Below are positions 60,935 to 64,000 of a stretch of DNA of 64,000 bases, in pieces. The notes beneath the pieces were generated by a model. The model did not search any database. It saw only the letters and a program-made list of their open reading frames with translations, and was not told the origin of the DNA. Origin of the DNA: Prevotella sp. (GTDB lineage Bacteria; Bacteroidota; Bacteroidia; Bacteroidales; Bacteroidaceae); NCBI GenBank assembly GCA_052272805.1, contig DAVZJL010000003.1:9762-73761 (forward strand), in the 5' to 3' direction. The position numbers and the translations under genes were made by a program. Numbering within the stretch: the first letter of the stretch is position 1; every line of letters starts with the position of its first letter.

Positions 60935-63900
60935 TTTGACATTTTTTTATTCAATACTCTTAACAATGTGCATATAGCAACATTATTGTTGTCTGTGTTT
61001 TCAAGTGCGCTATTTAAAAGCCTTTCCAGTTCATCAGCTTTCTCTGTTTCTGTTCTTGTTAGCTTGAATGTCTGGGACGATATGTTTGTGCCTTTTGTCG
61101 CAACCATATCAACAGAAAAACACTCATCGTCACCATCAATGTCCATCTGTGATATAACTGAATATTTCTCACACTCGCGGAACAACATTATGAGATTGTG
61201 TACCAGTTTCTCTTCTTGGTCGTCACGCAATCGTTCAAGCGGTTGTTCTAATGCTGTATAGCAGATAGACTGATACCACTCCTTGCGATTGTCGAACTCT
61301 GTCATTACGTGATGAAAGAACTCCTTGAGACGATCTGTCAAAAGATGCTCGTTAACAGAAGCAAATCGACTGCGTATAGTCAATATATATTCCGTATAAT
61401 CATATTCCTCAATGCTCAATGCATCTAAGAGACTTGATTCTATACGATCTATCAGATCATTATAGCATGAGCGCAATTCTCTTACAGCACGGTTAACGAC
61501 ATAACAGAATTCTTCCACTTTTTCTTTGTTCTGCAATGCAGTTTTGTCGAAGCCTAACGCTTCTGGCAAATCCTCAAAGAATGTCTTTTCTGGATCTTTA
61601 GCTACTGCGAGTGTGTCGCGGAAACGTGCCGTCTGCTCGTGGTTAAACTTTCGTGTATGCTTGGCATAATCGTTAAGTTGTCTACTATAGAAGAAAAAGA
61701 ACGGCTTAATCGTCTCAATGAAGTCGTTGCTTTTTACTTCTCCCAAAGTCTTTACGTTAAGGAATTTGCGATATTGGTTGAATATGTCCATACGCACACC
61801 TGATACGTCCAAAGCTTTAATACTATAGTCTGCAGGATGCTTTTGTAGTAGTTCAAAGAACTCCATATTCACATTCGGTATATATGCACCTCCTGTGCCA
61901 TACAACGAATACTCCTGCTTCTTAATGTACAGATATGTAGGGATCCAAAATTCGAGGAAACCTTGTTTTAATTTATATGGACGTGCCGACAATAACTTTA
62001 TAAGTTCTGATATTTTACGTGGCTTGTTGGTTGTTGAAACCAAGAATTCCTCACAAGCATCCCATAATGGCATTATTCCGTCATTGGTTGGTTGACTAGA
62101 AAAAGCGCCATCTTCATGAAGTCCCGTGTGCTTCAACAGAGAATAATATATAGTTTTCTCTGGAGGAAACTTATCCTTGGCGAACCCAAAGTTTGCTTCA
62201 TTTCCTTGATTGAGCATTGCTGCCAGATATTTAACACGGGCACTCGATATCGAACCACTCAACTTATGACGGTTGAACAATTCATTATTCATTATCGGTG
62301 TCTTAGGATAGATGGTCTCGCAAACATGTGACAGAAGCTCGTTGAACATACGGAATGTCTTAACTTCTACTTCCTTGCCACCAAATATCCATGTTACATC
62401 ATCACTATATGAAAACAGAGCTTCGTTAAGTGACTTGTCCAGCAAGATTTTTTCGTATTCCAGAAGGTTTCTAACTTCTGTAATAGCAACATGGTCGGAC
62501 TTGTCCACGAGCACCTTGCTGAGTATATAGTTATATTTTTCTATTAAGTGCAGATGCTCTACAAGTTCGTCTGTATTTTTGAAGCAAGCAAATACTATTG
62601 CGTTGCCACACTCGCGACTTAAAGCTATCGTGTCCCTTACTACATTCTTGCTTGAAGAGAATATGAGTTGTATGTATCCATCAGTGTCACCAGTAGGAGT
62701 TTTATCTTGGCCTTCCTCCAATATCTCGTATTCGAAATAGCGCGGTGTTCCTTTCTGAAAGTAGCACATCTTTACCGGTGCAATCTTCTTAAAGCAATAA
62801 CTGCGTATTTCATCAACAAAATTTACGGGACGGCTTACCACAAGACCCGCTTTTCTTATCTCGTCTTCGATATTAATGTCTGTTCCGTCAAAGAGAATAT
62901 AGCGTAATTTATAGCTTGCAAAGCGTATTATCTTGTATCGTTCAAGGAGATTGAGTATGTGGAGAGCATCAGCTACTCCAAGTGCAACGTTTGCATAGTT
63001 AGCTGTTTGCTCTCGCGTCATCTTGAAAGAAGAATTACCAAGAAGGTTTAACAAACCGATTGTCTTCACTATCTTTATTGCACCAAGCAATTCATTCTTT
63101 GTCTCCCAAGATTGTCCTTCTACACGTTCGAGTGCCACCTGCATCGAGCTCCATTGCATTGAGTCGGCATTAGCATCCTTTAGATACGAATAGAAATTGT
63201 GCAATATATAGTCGTAACAGTTTGCAAGACCATAAAAGCCATCCTTGTATTCACTCAAAGAGTTCGCCCCTTTCGTATTAAGGAAGGAGAATAACGAACG
63301 TTCGTTTTGTCCATAACGCTGGATTGCCTGAGTAATGGCATAAGCAGAAAATGGCTCCAAAGGATAAAGGGCTTCTGTGGTTTCGGCAGAAAGTCCATCA
63401 GATACAAATTTTGTATCTTTTGCGAGTTGGCACAATTTATTTAATCCACTGGCATTTTCGCCTGAATCTTTACATGAACCATTTTGTTTTGATGCGAGGT
63501 AAAGCAGTTGTTCTACCGGTTCAATAAACACCAGTTCCTTGAAGCGTCCTTTCACCTTATTCCACTCCTCTTTCTGAACTGTGGAGAGTTTTCTTGCATA
63601 TGCGCTGAAATTTTGATGCAGAGTTGTCACAAGTAGTATTTGTCTGGTAGGGACGTTGACAAATTCTGCTAGCTTCTGCATAAAATACAGTTCCTGCTCA
63701 GGATCGTTCTTTGCAGCATGTTCGAGAACCTTACCAAATTCATCAATGAATATGATAAGAAAACTTCCACGCTTCTTTGCTTGGTTGTATCTGTTACGCA
63801 ATTCGTCAAGCACATTATCGGCTGTTCCGTCAGTAGCCAATTTATTGCGCATTAGTGAAGCAAGATCCTTGTAATCGCCAACTATTTTCAACACTTCAAA

Positions 63901-63999
63901 CTTCTTACATGAAGACAAAGTCTGCGGATTTACAAGATTATATTGACCTTTGCTCTGCAAATCTTTTTCCAACGCAAGCAGGAAGCATGACTTACCAGT
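60931..63999 (-). CDS. Large P-loop ATPase (SspC-like), 5'-truncated by window
   Basis: Frame is open to the window edge and begins TGKSCFLLALEKD (end of Walker A); Walker B IFIDEFGK, LHQNF, EWNKVKGRF and GQNERSLFSFL; ATGA overlap with the PAPS reductase. Confidence 0.78.
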   Translation of the reverse strand, partial: TGKSCFLLALEKDLQSKGQYNLVNPQTLSSCKKFEVLKIVGDYKDLASLMRNKLATDGTADNVLDELRNRYNQAKKRGSFLIIFIDEFGKVLEHAAKNDPEQELYFMQKLAEFVNVPTRQILLVTTLHQNFSAYARKLSTVQKEEWNKVKGRFKELVFIEPVEQLLYLASKQNGSCKDSGENASGLNKLCQLAKDTKFVSDGLSAETTEALYPLEPFSAYAITQAIQRYGQNERSLFSFLNTKGANSLSEYKDGFYGLANCYDYILHNFYSYLKDANADSMQWSSMQVALERVEGQSWETKNELLGAIKIVKTIGLLNLLGNSSFKMTREQTANYANVALGVADALHILNLLERYKIIRFASYKLRYILFDGTDINIEDEIRKAGLVVSRPVNFVDEIRSYCFKKIAPVKMCYFQKGTPRYFEYEILEEGQDKTPTGDTDGYIQLIFSSSKNVVRDTIALSRECGNAIVFACFKNTDELVEHLHLIEKYNYILSKVLVDKSDHVAITEVRNLLEYEKILLDKSLNEALFSYSDDVTWIFGGKEVEVKTFRMFNELLSHVCETIYPKTPIMNNELFNRHKLSGSISSARVKYLAAMLNQGNEANFGFAKDKFPPEKTIYYSLLKHTGLHEDGAFSSQPTNDGIMPLWDACEEFLVSTTNKPRKISELIKLLSARPYKLKQGFLEFWIPTYLYIKKQEYSLYGTGGAYIPNVNMEFFELLQKHPADYSIKALDVSGVRMDIFNQYRKFLNVKTLGEVKSNDFIETIKPFFFFYSRQLNDYAKHTRKFNHEQTARFRDTLAVAKDPEKTFFEDLPEALGFDKTALQNKEKVEEFCYVVNRAVRELRSCYNDLIDRIESSLLDALSIEEYDYTEYILTIRSRFASVNEHLLTDRLKEFFHHVMTEFDNRKEWYQSICYTALEQPLERLRDDQEEKLVHNLIMLFRECEKYSVISQMDIDGDDECFSVDMVATKGTNISSQTFKLTRTETEKADELERLLNSALENTDNNNVAICTLLRVLNKKMSK

Positions 64000-64000
64000 A

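Noticed and set aside
54646..64000. Canonical dndBCDE, BREX or type I/III R-M assignment
   Set aside because: No methyltransferase, DndB/DndE or PglZ in view; gene order and motifs fit Ssp + Pbe better, although upstream genes are outside the window.

Overview
Bacteroidota DNA, most likely Prevotellaceae (inferred from gene content, TAnnTTTG promoters and intergenic 7/8-mer arrays). Most of the window is housekeeping: NCS2 permease, tpiA, folE, xth, nagB, manA, pepC, nhaD, pepD, dacB, cdsA-ftsH-rsfS, two tRNA-Gln, dxs, trkAH, a folate-dependent hut operon, dnaE, trxA and psd-pssA. The accessory parts are: (1) an AT-rich island at the right edge (about 53.7-64 kb) whose tight operon joins an SspC/SspD-like DNA phosphorothioation module to a PbeABCD-like effector module, followed by an orphan ABC-type ATPase; this is the best candidate for a little-described defence system; (2) an AT-rich DUF3791-DUF3990 (ADP-ribosyltransferase-like)-small ORF cassette running into a UvrD/DEDDh helicase-exonuclease; (3) a PARIS-like ATPase + DUF4435 TOPRIM pair; (4) a secreted surface-protein gene frameshifted by a G9 tract in its signal peptide, followed by a YxxP micropeptide. 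Several families of small palindromic or tandem repeats fill intergenic gaps, and one copy sits in frame inside a coding sequence. Family assignments come from motif recognition by eye, not from database searches.
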